Sequence record: DRR723986_1737
Strand: one strand, 5' to 3'
Length of the DNA stretch: 60,076 nt
Numbering within the stretch: position 1 is the stretch's first letter; every line of letters starts with the position of its first letter. The notes beneath the pieces are model-generated. The model worked only from the letters and a program-made list of their open reading frames with translations. It was not told the origin of the DNA and did no database searches. Below, in pieces: positions 9,841 through 19,795 of the stretch. A program made the position numbers and the translations under genes.

Positions 9841-10860
9841 TTAATTGATCAGGTTGACGCCCAGGGCGGCCAGTGGTTCGACCAGTTCGCCCTTGGCTTT
9901 GGCTTCTGCGCTGGAGGCGGTGCCTATCAGCGCGCGTTTTTTAACGCCCTGCAGGATGGCTGCGAGGCGGAAGAAACAGAACACCAGGTAAAAATTCCAG
10001 TTGTCGATGGAATCGCGACCGGTGCGTTTGCAATAGCGGGCTATATAGTCGTCGTCGCTCGGCAGTCCGAGGCTGGACCTGTCGATTTCCGCCATCCCCT
10101 TGAGGCTGCCGTCGCCGGGCAGTTGCCAGGCCATGACCTGGTAGGCCAGATCGGCCAGCGGGTGCCCGAGGGTCGACAGCTCCCAGTCGAGTACCGCAAT
10201 GATGCGCGGCTCTGTGGGGTGATACATGACGTTATCCAGGCGGTAGTCACCGTGGACCAGGCTGGTGACACCGTCATCCGCGGGCATATTAGCCGGCAGC
10301 CAGGCGATCAGGGTTTCCATGGCTTCGCTGTGTTCGGTTTCCGAAGCCCGGTATTGCTTGGTCCAGCGACCAACCTGGCGTTCGAAATAGTTCCCCGGGC
10401 GGCCGAAGTCGGTCAGCCCCACGGCGTCCACATCGACCGTGTGCAGGGCGGCCAGCACCCGGTTCATGTCGTCGTAGATGGCGGCCCGCTCGTCGTTGTC
10501 CCTGGCCTCGGGCAGGGTAGGATCCCAGAACACGCGGCCCTCGAGGTACTCCATGACATAGAACATGGAGCCGATGACGTCCTCGTCCTCGCACAGCAGA
10601 TAGGTCCGGGGTACGGGCACATCGGTGTCCTGCAGGGCACTGATAACCCGGAATTCCCGGTCAACCGCGTGGGCCGAGGCCAGCAGTTCGCCCGGTGGCT
10701 TGCGCCGGAGGACGTACTGTTGCCCGTTCGCGCTCAGTCTGAAGGTCGGGTTTGACTGCCCACCGGCGAATTTTTCCGCGCTTAGGGTGCCGGAGAATCC
10801 GGGAAGGTGTTCTGAGAGGTAGTGCTGTAGCCTGCTGGTGTCGAGGTTTTGTGTGCTCAT
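9841..10860 (-). CDS. Phosphotransferase (APH) family protein, ACAD10/11 N-terminal-like
   Basis: GGQSNPT, LRRKPPG..SAHAVDRE, HGDYRLDN and DWELSTLG motifs. Start reassigned to ATG 10860. Confidence 0.9.
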   Translation of the reverse strand: MSTQNLDTSRLQHYLSEHLPGFSGTLSAEKFAGGQSNPTFRLSANGQQYVLRRKPPGELLASAHAVDREFRVISALQDTDVPVPRTYLLCEDEDVIGSMFYVMEYLEGRVFWDPTLPEARDNDERAAIYDDMNRVLAALHTVDVDAVGLTDFGRPGNYFERQVGRWTKQYRASETEHSEAMETLIAWLPANMPADDGVTSLVHGDYRLDNVMYHPTEPRIIAVLDWELSTLGHPLADLAYQVMAWQLPGDGSLKGMAEIDRSSLGLPSDDDYIARYCKRTGRDSIDNWNFYLVFCFFRLAAILQGVKKRALIGTASSAEAKAKGELVEPLAALGVNLIN

Positions 10861-10906
10861 CGTGGTCCCTGGTAGCAAAGGTGACGCCCTCACGCCGCAG
10901 CGCGAC

Positions 10907-10950
10907 AGTCTCTGTTCTCCGGCCAGACCGGACAATGACGCGCGGCAACA
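10907..10950 (-). promoter_or_regulatory. Putative AraC-family activated promoter of the APH-crotonase-thiolase operon
   Basis: Minus strand reads TGTT-N7-GTCA-N23-GAGACT, the same geometry as the site at 18515-18558. Confidence 0.35.
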
Positions 10951-11013
10951 AAAAAATATACCACAAATGACAGGGCGCCCGGAGCCACTGAAGCCCTGCG
11001 TAGTACCCGGGCG

Positions 11014-11042
11014 TTGAGTGACGCGGCGTGTACCGCTATGCT
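11014..11042 (+). promoter_or_regulatory. Sigma70-like promoter of the acyl-CoA ligase
   Basis: TTGAGT-N17-TATGCT. Confidence 0.5.
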
Positions 11043-11074
11043 GCCGCTTCCACCACTGTGTCGAGGAAGCCAGC

Positions 11075-12775
11075 GTGTACCAGGAACTCAAGCAAGCGTG
11101 GGAGGAACTGACCTCTCCCGGCCAGATGTTCGAATTGACCACCGTCGAAATCAACGGTGTTCCGATCCGCACCTACGCCCTGGCGCCCGGGTCTTTGAGG
11201 GACGTCTGGATGATGGCGGCTGGACACGGTGACAAGGATTACCTGGTCTACCAGGGGGAGCGCTGCACCTACGCCGAGGCCCAGGCATACACGGCCTCGA
11301 TCGCAAACTGGCTTGCCCGGCAGGGCGTTGGCCCGGGGGATCGGGTTGCCATCGCCATGCGCAACTACCCGGAATGGATGCTGGCCTACTGGGCCACGGT
11401 GTCCATGGGCGCCGTGGTGGTTGGGATGAATGCCTGGTGGGTGCCCCACGAGATGCATTTCGGGCTGGAGGATTCTGCCCCCAAGGTATTGATTTGCGAC
11501 CAGGAGCGTTTGCTCCGGTTCCAGGAGATCCGGGAGGACTTCCCCGACATGATCGTCACTGCCGTGCGCCTGGAGGATGAGGCCCCGGAAGGTGTGATCG
11601 ACTGGGTCGAGGTGATGAATAGCCCCGCTGAGATGCCGGAGGCGAGCATCGCCCCGGAAGACGACGCCTGTATCTTCTATACCTCCGGCACCACGGGGCG
11701 TCCCAAGGGGGCGCAGCTGACCCACCGTGGCTGCGTCAACAACATCATGAACCTGGTGTTTGCCAATACGGTCCAGCCTATGGCATTGGCCAAGGCAAGC
11801 GGGGCCGAGCCTCCCGCCGCCGCGGAGCCGCCGAAAGTCAGCTCACTGGTGGCGACTCCCTTGTTTCACGTGACCGCCAATAACTGTGTGGCGCACGTTA
11901 CCACCCTGGCGGGCGGCAAGCTGGTACATATGTATAAGTGGGACGCGGGTGAAGCCCTGCGCCTTATCGAGGCGGAGCAGGTCACCACCCTCAGTGCGGT
12001 ACCGATGATGGCCCGCGAGGTAATGATGCACCCTGATTTTGCCAGCACGGATACCTCGTCGCTGCAGAGTATCGGTGGCGGTGGCGCGGCCATGCAACCG
12101 GATCTCGTGAAGAAAGTGGGTGAGCAGATGAAGAACACCCAGCCCGGCACCGGCTATGGGATGACAGAGACCTGCGGCATCATTTCCGCACTGTCCTCCG
12201 AGTTCTTCAAGGATCGCCCCACCAGCTGCGGACCGGCGATGCCGACCTTTGAGTCCAAGTGCGTGAACGCTGAGGGTGAAACCCTGCCGCCCGGCGAGGT
12301 GGGCGAGCTCTGGGTGCGCGGAGCGCCGGTGATCAAGGGCTACCTGAATCGCCCCGAGGCCACCGCTGAAACCATCACCGATGGCTGGCTGCACACGGGC
12401 GATGTTGCCTACCTCGACGAGGACGGTTTTATCTACCTGGTCGATCGCGCCAAAGACATGGTGCTGCGCGGCGGTGAGAACGTCTATTGTGCCGAGGTGG
12501 AGAACGCCCTGTTCAGCCACCCGGGTGTCGCCGAGTGCGTGGTGTTTGCCGTGCCGGATGACCGGCTGGGCGAAGAAGTGGGTGCGACGATATACCCCGC
12601 GGCGGGCGCCGCCACGGACGCGGCGGCCTTGCGCGAGCACTGCAAAACCTTGCTGGCGCCCTACAAGATTCCGCGCTATATCTGGTTCGTGGAGGCGCCG
12701 TTGCCGCGCAACGCCAACGGCAAATTTGTGAAGCGGGAAATCCGCGACAAGATGGATATCAGCAACGCCAGCTGA
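11075..12775 (+). CDS. Long-chain acyl-CoA synthetase (class I adenylate-forming enzyme)
   Basis: YTSGTTGRPKG AMP-binding motif, GYGMTET, GWLHTGD, RGGENV, PRNANGK. GTG start follows GAGGA. Confidence 0.93.
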   Translation: MYQELKQAWEELTSPGQMFELTTVEINGVPIRTYALAPGSLRDVWMMAAGHGDKDYLVYQGERCTYAEAQAYTASIANWLARQGVGPGDRVAIAMRNYPEWMLAYWATVSMGAVVVGMNAWWVPHEMHFGLEDSAPKVLICDQERLLRFQEIREDFPDMIVTAVRLEDEAPEGVIDWVEVMNSPAEMPEASIAPEDDACIFYTSGTTGRPKGAQLTHRGCVNNIMNLVFANTVQPMALAKASGAEPPAAAEPPKVSSLVATPLFHVTANNCVAHVTTLAGGKLVHMYKWDAGEALRLIEAEQVTTLSAVPMMAREVMMHPDFASTDTSSLQSIGGGGAAMQPDLVKKVGEQMKNTQPGTGYGMTETCGIISALSSEFFKDRPTSCGPAMPTFESKCVNAEGETLPPGEVGELWVRGAPVIKGYLNRPEATAETITDGWLHTGDVAYLDEDGFIYLVDRAKDMVLRGGENVYCAEVENALFSHPGVAECVVFAVPDDRLGEEVGATIYPAAGAATDAAALREHCKTLLAPYKIPRYIWFVEAPLPRNANGKFVKREIRDKMDISNAS

Positions 12776-12884
12776 TGCCGACCGACCCCCGGTAGAGGGG
12801 CGGCGGCGGTCAACACCATGGCTGAACCCTGCCGCTGCGCCGGGGGCCATTCGGTGGTGGGCAGGGTGCAGGGAGACAGGCAGT

Positions 12885-13397
12885 ATGATCGAGCCGATCG
12901 GGCTGGCGCAGCAGGCGGAGGTGCGCCGGGAGACACAGTACTATGTGGGGCTTGCCGCCGAACTGCTGGGGAGGCCGTTCAAACCGGTGCCGGTAAGCTT
13001 CGATCTGCGAGGCACAACCGCCGGCATGTTCAAGATCGATGGCCGGGCCCGCTGGATTCGCTACAACCCATGGATCTTTGCCAAGTATTACACCGAGAAC
13101 CTGGCCGACACGGTGCCGCATGAAGTCGCTCATTACATCGTGCACGAATGTCATGGCCGCCGTCGGGTCAAGCCGCATGGTCCGGAATGGCGCGCCCTGA
13201 TGGAAGCCTTTGGAGCCGATCCGGGGGTGACCTTCAAGTTGGATATCAGTGACCTGCCGCAGCGGCGCCAGCGCACCCACGCCTATCTGTGCCTCTGTCG
13301 CGAACACGAGGTTTCTACGACCCGGCACAACCGCATCGAACGCGGTGTGGTTTACCAGTGCCGGTTCTGCGACGGGCAGCTCAAGTTCGCTGGCTAG
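12885..13397 (+). CDS. SprT-family zinc metalloprotease
   Basis: HEVAH zincin motif, PHGPEW, C-terminal Cys pairs (YLCLC, YQCRFC). Confidence 0.88.
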   Translation: MIEPIGLAQQAEVRRETQYYVGLAAELLGRPFKPVPVSFDLRGTTAGMFKIDGRARWIRYNPWIFAKYYTENLADTVPHEVAHYIVHECHGRRRVKPHGPEWRALMEAFGADPGVTFKLDISDLPQRRQRTHAYLCLCREHEVSTTRHNRIERGVVYQCRFCDGQLKFAG

Positions 13398-16207
13398 ATG
13401 TCCACCGACATTTCGATGCCGCTGAAGGTATTGGCCGGGTCGGCCGCATCGGTGGTTTCGATGACCGACCGCTCCGCCGGGATCTGTAACTCATTCACCA
13501 GGTAACGTTTGGTACTGGCCGCACGTTCCTGGGCCAGGGTCGACAGCTCCGTCGGACTGACGTCCTGCGCGGCAAGCACGGCGGCGGCACGTACCCTCAG
13601 TTCAGCATCGTCTCCCGACGGCGAACCCAGCTCGCCGTAGAGTGTGTCGATCGCGGCAACCCAGCGTTCATTACGTGCGCTGATATCGGCTTCACTGATG
13701 CCCTGCGCCAGCATGGCCGCGCTCAGGGCCTGCCGCTGGAGTTTCTCCAGGTCCAGGGTAGGGTGCAGCCGGCCCTTGATCACCAGCTTTAGCTCAGGCC
13801 GCTGCTGCAGGGCTGTCGCCAGCGTGGTGAGCTTGGCCTGTCCCGCTTCGTCCAGCGCGGTACTGCCGGCGGGGAAAGTCACCCGTTCCAGGTCATCTTC
13901 GCTGCCGACCAGGTTGGCCAGCAGGGTGAACGGCGCGGTGACTGCCTTGGTGATCAGGTTGATGAATGCGCCCATGATGACGCTGCCGAGGGAGAACTCG
14001 GGATTGTCGAGGTCGCCGGTGACTGGAATCGCGAGGTCGATGACCCCATTGCTGTCGGTCAGCAGGGCCAGGGCCAGTTCCAGGGGCAGGTCAATGGCTT
14101 TGTCGCTATCGATCCGCTCGCCCAGTTTAAGCTGGTCGATGACGACCTTGTTGTCACCCTGCAGGCGATTGTTTTCCAATGCGTACTTCAGGTCCAGATT
14201 CAGCAGCCCGCGCTCGATGGCATAGCCCGCGTAGGTACCCGAGTAGGGCGTGAGACGCACCAGGTCGACACCGTCGAAGCTCAGGCCGATGTCAATTGCC
14301 GGCTGCTCATCAAACGGGCGAGCCGTACCGGCCAGTAGCACCGGGGCGTAGCCGTCCACCGTACCTTTGAGGTCGACAGCCAGCTCGCTACCTGGCGCGG
14401 TGGAAAAACCGATGACTTCACCGTTGAGTTCACCAATGACGGTACGGAAATTCAAGGGCAGGGATTCATCCATGAAGTCCAACGCACTGTCAGAGATGTA
14501 AATCGCCGGCAGCGCGACGTCCCAGGGCGCCGACGGTTCTTCGGGAGGGTTGTCTTCGGCGGCCTTCGCCCTTTCTTCCTGGAGCAGGCGCTGGGCGTTC
14601 ACAGTGCCGTCTTTGCGGATATGCAGGCGGCCGGAAAAGCCATTCAGCATCAGGCTGTTGGCGACCACCTGCTGAGCATCGAGATCGATGGCCAGGCCTT
14701 CCCAGCGAACACTTTCCCAGCCGCTGATGGAATCGGTTTCCTCGTGGATGATCAGTTCAAAGCGGCCGATCTCGCCAGCCAGTGCTATCTGGGTCGGTAC
14801 GAAGGCGCGGAGCTGGATGTCGCCCCGGGTGCTGGTGGCGCCCCCGCTGATGTCCGCCCGCAGGACGCTGGGCAGATTGGGAGAAAACCAGTCCAGGGGC
14901 AGGCCCGCCAGATCCAGCGCGAGTGTCCCATCGCCGGTTTCGAGGTTCATTCCGCCATCAACCCGCAGGGTGGCGGTGTCGTTAATGCCAAGCTGGAGCG
15001 CGATACCGGAAGGTCCGGCGGCAGGCCAGGCAATATCCGTGACCTCCAGTGCCAGATTGTGAACCTGCAGCTGCTCCGGTCGGGTGTACTCGGAGCGCCA
15101 GTTGACGCCGCCACCCTCACTCTGGAAATTCGCCAGAGTCAGCTGCCAGTCCGGTGCTGTGGTCCCGGCCGGCGAGGCCTCTGGCGGTTCTTCTGCAGCC
15201 GGGAGGTTCACCGTGAACAGGTCGGCCAGGCTGACCTCGTTGCCTTCGCTGAAGCCTGCCACATCCAGGCCGTTGAGTGTCGCCGCAGCGATGCTGGCCT
15301 GTTGCGCGTCGCCATCGATATCGATGCCGCGCAGCGCCAGTTCGGCCAGTTTGACGTGGGTATCTGGGAGCGCGGCCGGGTCTGCGGGAATCACCGCCAG
15401 CCCACTGACCGTGACGGCGCCATCCGCCAGCATCCAGCTCAGCTCATCGAGCCAGTTGACGCGGTAGGCACCGGAGACGGCCAGGGCCCCATCGCTGATC
15501 TCGAAACCCAGCCAGGGTTCGAGGAAGCGCCAGGGGGTGCGCAGACGGACTGCCTCAAGGCTGAACCGCCCTTCGCTGAAACCACCAGGGATGGATACAT
15601 CGCCTTCCCAAACCAGTTTGCCGCCGTCTTCCGCAGTGACGGCGAGTCGGTAGGGCTGTCCCTCGGCACGGATAGTGGAGAGATCCTGCACGTTGATCGC
15701 CAGTTCGTCCCAGCGGTTCTGGTATAGCGGCTCGCGGGTTTGATCGCTGATCAGCAGCTCGCGCGCGTGCAGTGAGACCTCGCTGATGCTGAGCCCGGGA
15801 ATACTGACCGGCTCGTCGTTGGGCGGCTCGTCCTCCGCCGACAGCAGGTCGCTGAAGTTGAAGCGGTCAGCGTCCAGTCGCCGCAGGTGGACGAAGAAGC
15901 CCTCCAGCACCAGGGCGTCCAGAACCCAGCCCTCGCGCCACAGGCTGGCAAGGGACAGGTTGGCCTCGAAACGGTGCAGGGCGGCGAACTCGGAGTCACG
16001 GTCCTCGTGCTCAGACAGGGAGGCTTTCCGGACCTCCAGAGCGAGGCTGAAGGGATTAAACAGGATGAGTTCTGTAGACAGGCTTCGGTTAAGGTATTTG
16101 TCCGCCAGCAGGGGGGCAGCGATATTCATGGCGGGCAGCAGGACGACCAGGCTCAGGAACAGGTAGGCCAGGTACAGGCGGAGGAGCCAGCTGATCAGGC
16201 GGTACAC
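13394..16207 (-). CDS. DUF748 domain protein (N-terminal membrane anchor, OmpA-like C-terminus)
   Basis: FNPFSL motif, repeated beta-rich units, LTPYSGTYAGYAIERG, LALALLTDSNGVIDL, KAVTAPF, LAQERA. Confidence 0.8.
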   Translation of the reverse strand: MYRLISWLLRLYLAYLFLSLVVLLPAMNIAAPLLADKYLNRSLSTELILFNPFSLALEVRKASLSEHEDRDSEFAALHRFEANLSLASLWREGWVLDALVLEGFFVHLRRLDADRFNFSDLLSAEDEPPNDEPVSIPGLSISEVSLHARELLISDQTREPLYQNRWDELAINVQDLSTIRAEGQPYRLAVTAEDGGKLVWEGDVSIPGGFSEGRFSLEAVRLRTPWRFLEPWLGFEISDGALAVSGAYRVNWLDELSWMLADGAVTVSGLAVIPADPAALPDTHVKLAELALRGIDIDGDAQQASIAAATLNGLDVAGFSEGNEVSLADLFTVNLPAAEEPPEASPAGTTAPDWQLTLANFQSEGGGVNWRSEYTRPEQLQVHNLALEVTDIAWPAAGPSGIALQLGINDTATLRVDGGMNLETGDGTLALDLAGLPLDWFSPNLPSVLRADISGGATSTRGDIQLRAFVPTQIALAGEIGRFELIIHEETDSISGWESVRWEGLAIDLDAQQVVANSLMLNGFSGRLHIRKDGTVNAQRLLQEERAKAAEDNPPEEPSAPWDVALPAIYISDSALDFMDESLPLNFRTVIGELNGEVIGFSTAPGSELAVDLKGTVDGYAPVLLAGTARPFDEQPAIDIGLSFDGVDLVRLTPYSGTYAGYAIERGLLNLDLKYALENNRLQGDNKVVIDQLKLGERIDSDKAIDLPLELALALLTDSNGVIDLAIPVTGDLDNPEFSLGSVIMGAFINLITKAVTAPFTLLANLVGSEDDLERVTFPAGSTALDEAGQAKLTTLATALQQRPELKLVIKGRLHPTLDLEKLQRQALSAAMLAQGISEADISARNERWVAAIDTLYGELGSPSGDDAELRVRAAAVLAAQDVSPTELSTLAQERAASTKRYLVNELQIPAERSVIETTDAADPANTFSGIEMSVDI

Positions 16208-16292
16208 GGTAGACAGGTTTCCTTGGCCGGGTATAGGTCAGTAGTACTATAGCCAAAAACGCAGCTTAGGGAGCACGGTAGCACAGGCTTGG

Positions 16293-17288
16293 CTACAGTC
16301 CCTTGCGGTAGGTATAAGGTGTTACCCCGGTCCAGCCCTTGAAAGCCCGGATGAAGGCACTGGATTCCGAAAATCCGGAACGGTGGGCGATCTCCTCGAT
16401 ACTCAGTCCCTGTTTGCCCAGGTAGTGCAGGGCGGTGTCCCGGCGCAGCTGGTTCTTGATGTCCTTGAAGGTGGTTCCCTCGCTGGTCAGGCGACGTCTC
16501 AGGGTCTGGGGGTGAACATCAAGCTCCGCCGCCACGTTGACCAGTTCCGGCATATCCATGAGCCGGGTGCGGATGAGTTCGCGTACCCGGGAGGTCCAAC
16601 TGCTCTGGTCGTAACGCTGGGTCAGCATGTTCAATACCGGGTGGCGCAGGAAGTGCCGCAGGGACTGCTCCGTCTGGGTGACTCGCTTTTCCATCATCGC
16701 TGCGGGTAATACCAGGGAGGACTCCTGCTGCTCGAACTGGACGGGGTTGGACAGGAACATGCGCCGGTAGTCTTCCGGTTGCGCCGCGGGCGAGTAAGCC
16801 AGGTTGGCGACCAGGATGGGCAGGTGTTCCTGCACCAGCCAGCTGCAGAAGCGGTGGCAGTTGAGCAGGAACAGCTCCACCAGGTAGGGGTCGATGTCGC
16901 GCATCTCCCCGGCGAGGCGGATAACAGCTGTATCGGCCTCGCTCTCGAAGTGGGCTTCAATCCCGTACTCAAACAGCTGGTAAAAGCGGCAATAGCGGTT
17001 GATGGCCTGGCCCAGCGTTTCGCAGCCGATAACCGCATGGCACATCATGTGCCAGCTACCCACTGGCACCCGGCGCCTGCCATAGCCCAGCGCCTCGTCA
17101 TTCATCGCGAGCATCGTACCCACCTGCAGGTCGGCAAAACGCTCCATCGATATTCGCGCGTCTGCCTCACGCAAAAGGCGCGGGGATATCCGGTTGTGCC
17201 GCAGCAGAGTGAGTGGGTCGATACCCTGGCGGACGGTGTGTTTCAGCACCGCGCGCGCGAAATGTACTGATATGGACTGGCCGCGCAT
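16293..17288 (-). CDS. AraC-family transcriptional regulator (OruR/VqsM-like architecture)
   Basis: 331 aa; C-terminal double HTH (VHPQTLRRRL; IAHRSGFSESSAFIRAFKGWTGVTP). Confidence 0.93.
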   Translation of the reverse strand: MRGQSISVHFARAVLKHTVRQGIDPLTLLRHNRISPRLLREADARISMERFADLQVGTMLAMNDEALGYGRRRVPVGSWHMMCHAVIGCETLGQAINRYCRFYQLFEYGIEAHFESEADTAVIRLAGEMRDIDPYLVELFLLNCHRFCSWLVQEHLPILVANLAYSPAAQPEDYRRMFLSNPVQFEQQESSLVLPAAMMEKRVTQTEQSLRHFLRHPVLNMLTQRYDQSSWTSRVRELIRTRLMDMPELVNVAAELDVHPQTLRRRLTSEGTTFKDIKNQLRRDTALHYLGKQGLSIEEIAHRSGFSESSAFIRAFKGWTGVTPYTYRKGL

Positions 17289-17292
17289 CGCC

Positions 17293-18462
17293 TCAGGCCT
17301 TTGCCGTGCCGCGTAGCTGGAGTGAGGTGCTGTCTACCGATGCAACCCGGTTGCGGCCACCGCGCTTGGCGATATACATGGCCCGGTCGGCCTCGTCGTA
17401 GAGCATGTCGAGGTCCACTTCGCCGGTGGTTGCCGCCACGCCCAGGCTGATCGTTACCGGAATGCGCTGCTGGTCTACCAGCAGGGGGTGTTCGCCAATG
17501 GTCTGGCGGATGCGTTCCGCCAGCGTCCGAGCCTCCTCCAGCCCAGTGGCGGGAAGCACCAGCAGGAATTCCTCACCGCCGGTACGCGCCACCACGTCGC
17601 TGGCCCGGCACAGGCGATCAAGGGTCCGCGCCACCTGCTGAATTACGTGGTCACCAACGTCGTGACCGAAGCTGTCGTTGATAGTTTTGAAGTGGTCGAT
17701 ATCAGCCATGATGACCGCAGTGCTGTGGCCGTGTCGGGCGGCCGCCGCCATGCTCAGCTGTAGCGCATCATCCAGGCCCCGCCGGTTGAGCAGGCGGGTT
17801 AGCGGGTCCTCCGTCGCAAGATGGGCCAGATGTTGCTGGTACTCAATCAGTACGCTCGCCAGAAAGCCCACCACGATGAGGGTGTAGGCCACGCTGTAGG
17901 AGCCAAACAGAATGGTCTGTGAGCTGATCATCTCGCCGCCCGACTGCAGCAGGTAAGCGCTCAGCGGTAAGCCGGTGATAACCAGCAGGGCCGCAAAGGC
18001 GATAATCGCATCGCCGATATTACGTCCCTGCCAGCCGCGCCGGGTCGACAGGATTCCTACGCCGAGGAAGAACAGGGAGACCGCAAACACGTGCACCAGG
18101 AACATCTGCCCGGCGGGCAGGAAAAAGGCGCACAGGGTGGCGGCTACGCACAGGCCGCCGAGGACATAGCGTCCGCGGACGTCCCCAGCCCGCTGGCCAG
18201 TGGCGAGGAACAGGATATAGCTGTTGATGATGGAAGCGACAGTTGGCACATCAACGCCTGCAGCAGTGCTCGATCCCTGTTGCAGGGTGAAGGATATCCA
18301 TCCCAGCAGGGCCGCCATGAAATACACGGTGTACAAGCCGAGCCCTGCGGGCGGGTTGCTGGAATCGCTGAGAAAATAGACCACCAGCATCTGGGCGCAG
18401 GTGAGTGCGAGGATCAGCCCGTAGTGCAGTATTGCCCAGTTTTCGGGGAGAATCTGTTCCAT
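17293..18462 (-). CDS. Membrane-bound diguanylate cyclase
   Basis: About 7 TM helices, DPLTRLLNRR, DIDHFK.IND.FGH, RASD I-site and GGEEF active site. Confidence 0.93.
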   Translation of the reverse strand: MEQILPENWAILHYGLILALTCAQMLVVYFLSDSSNPPAGLGLYTVYFMAALLGWISFTLQQGSSTAAGVDVPTVASIINSYILFLATGQRAGDVRGRYVLGGLCVAATLCAFFLPAGQMFLVHVFAVSLFFLGVGILSTRRGWQGRNIGDAIIAFAALLVITGLPLSAYLLQSGGEMISSQTILFGSYSVAYTLIVVGFLASVLIEYQQHLAHLATEDPLTRLLNRRGLDDALQLSMAAAARHGHSTAVIMADIDHFKTINDSFGHDVGDHVIQQVARTLDRLCRASDVVARTGGEEFLLVLPATGLEEARTLAERIRQTIGEHPLLVDQQRIPVTISLGVAATTGEVDLDMLYDEADRAMYIAKRGGRNRVASVDSTSLQLRGTAKA

Positions 18463-18492
18463 GCGTGACGCTGGTCCTGGCCGTTACCGTGC

Positions 18493-18558
18493 TGTCAGTT
18501 TAAGTCAATTTATTTGTCGGGGCCGGTCATTGTTGGGTTTTACCGTGCTCACCATACT
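18493..18558 (+). promoter_or_regulatory. Tandem direct-repeat operator plus -10 element upstream of the beta-oxidation operon
   Basis: TGTC-N7-GTCA at 18493-18507 and 18515-18529 (22-bp period); CATACT at 18553-18558. Confidence 0.5.
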
Positions 18559-18594
18559 GTGCCAGCCGCAGTTTACCCCTTCTGGAGACCCGTG

Positions 18595-19770
18595 ATGCTA
18601 CCGCGTAATTTTACCGAAGAGCAGAATATGTTCCGCGACGCCTATCGAAAATTCGTCAGCGCGGAGATTGTGCCTCACATGGAGGCCTGGCGCGAGGCGG
18701 GAATCGTGGATCGCGAAGCGTTCCGCAAGGCGGGCGAGCAGGGCTTCCTGATGATCTGGCCGGACGAGAAGTACGGCGGCATGGGTGACCCGGATTTTCG
18801 TTATGAGCAGGTCATCATGGAGGAGCTGGCCTACGCTCGCGCCGGTGACTGGTACGCGACCCTGCACAGCCGTCTGGTTGGGCCTTACTTCACCCGCTTC
18901 GGGTCGGAGGAGCAGTGTGAACGCTTTCTCCCTGGCTGTGTCTCGGGTGAAACCATCCTGGCGATCGCCATGACCGAGCCCGACGCGGGCAGTGACCTCG
19001 CCGGCATGCGCAGCACGGCGGTGGAGAAAGACGACCACTGGGTGCTCAACGGCGCCAAAACGTACATCTCCAACGGTATCAATGCCGACCTGGTAATCGT
19101 GGCGGCCAAGACTGACCCCGAGAACAACCCTCATGCCATGACCCTGTTCATCGTCGAGCGCGGGATGCCGGGCTTTGAGCGAGGCCGTAACCTGAACAAG
19201 ATGGGGCTTAAGGCGCAGGATACGGCGGAGCTGTTTTTCAACGATGTGAAGGTGCCGAAGGAAAACGTGCTCGGTGAACCTGGCAAGGGCTTTATCTACC
19301 TGATGGAAGGCCTGGCCGAGGAGCGCTTGATCGGCGCTGCGGGCTACCTGGCTTCGGCGCAGTTGTCCTGGGACCTGACCGCAGAGTATGTCAAGGAGCG
19401 CAAGGCTTTCGGCAAGCCGCTGGCCGGATTCCAGAATACCCAGTTCAAACTGGCTGAGATGCGCACCCAGCTTGATATCATCCAGTCCTATGTCGACCAG
19501 TGTGTCGTTGCTTTCAATGCCGGACAGCTGACTGCCATCGACGCCGCCAAGGCGAAACTGGTGACCAGTGAGATCCAGGTGGCCGCAGCGGATCTCGGGG
19601 TCCAGCTGCATGGCGGTGCAGGCTATATGGACGAGTACCCGATTAGCCGTCAATATACTGACGCGCGCATCTCACCGATCTACGCGGGAACCTCGGAAGT
19701 GATGAAAATCATCATCAGCCGGGAATGCCTGTCGGATGATTACCAACCGTTTAACACCCGGAATTTCTGA
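18595..19770 (+). CDS. Acyl-CoA dehydrogenase (LCAD-like)
   Basis: AMTEPDAGSD, LNGAKTYISN, RKAFGK, QLHGGAGY, IYAGTSE. GGAG RBS. Confidence 0.95.
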   Translation: MLPRNFTEEQNMFRDAYRKFVSAEIVPHMEAWREAGIVDREAFRKAGEQGFLMIWPDEKYGGMGDPDFRYEQVIMEELAYARAGDWYATLHSRLVGPYFTRFGSEEQCERFLPGCVSGETILAIAMTEPDAGSDLAGMRSTAVEKDDHWVLNGAKTYISNGINADLVIVAAKTDPENNPHAMTLFIVERGMPGFERGRNLNKMGLKAQDTAELFFNDVKVPKENVLGEPGKGFIYLMEGLAEERLIGAAGYLASAQLSWDLTAEYVKERKAFGKPLAGFQNTQFKLAEMRTQLDIIQSYVDQCVVAFNAGQLTAIDAAKAKLVTSEIQVAAADLGVQLHGGAGYMDEYPISRQYTDARISPIYAGTSEVMKIIISRECLSDDYQPFNTRNF

Positions 19771-19795
19771 CCCACTATCCCGAAGGAGAATCATC

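Noticed and set aside
9841-10860. Possible aminoglycoside phosphotransferase
   Set aside because: Motifs and operon context match the ACAD10/11-like kinases of acyl-CoA metabolism.
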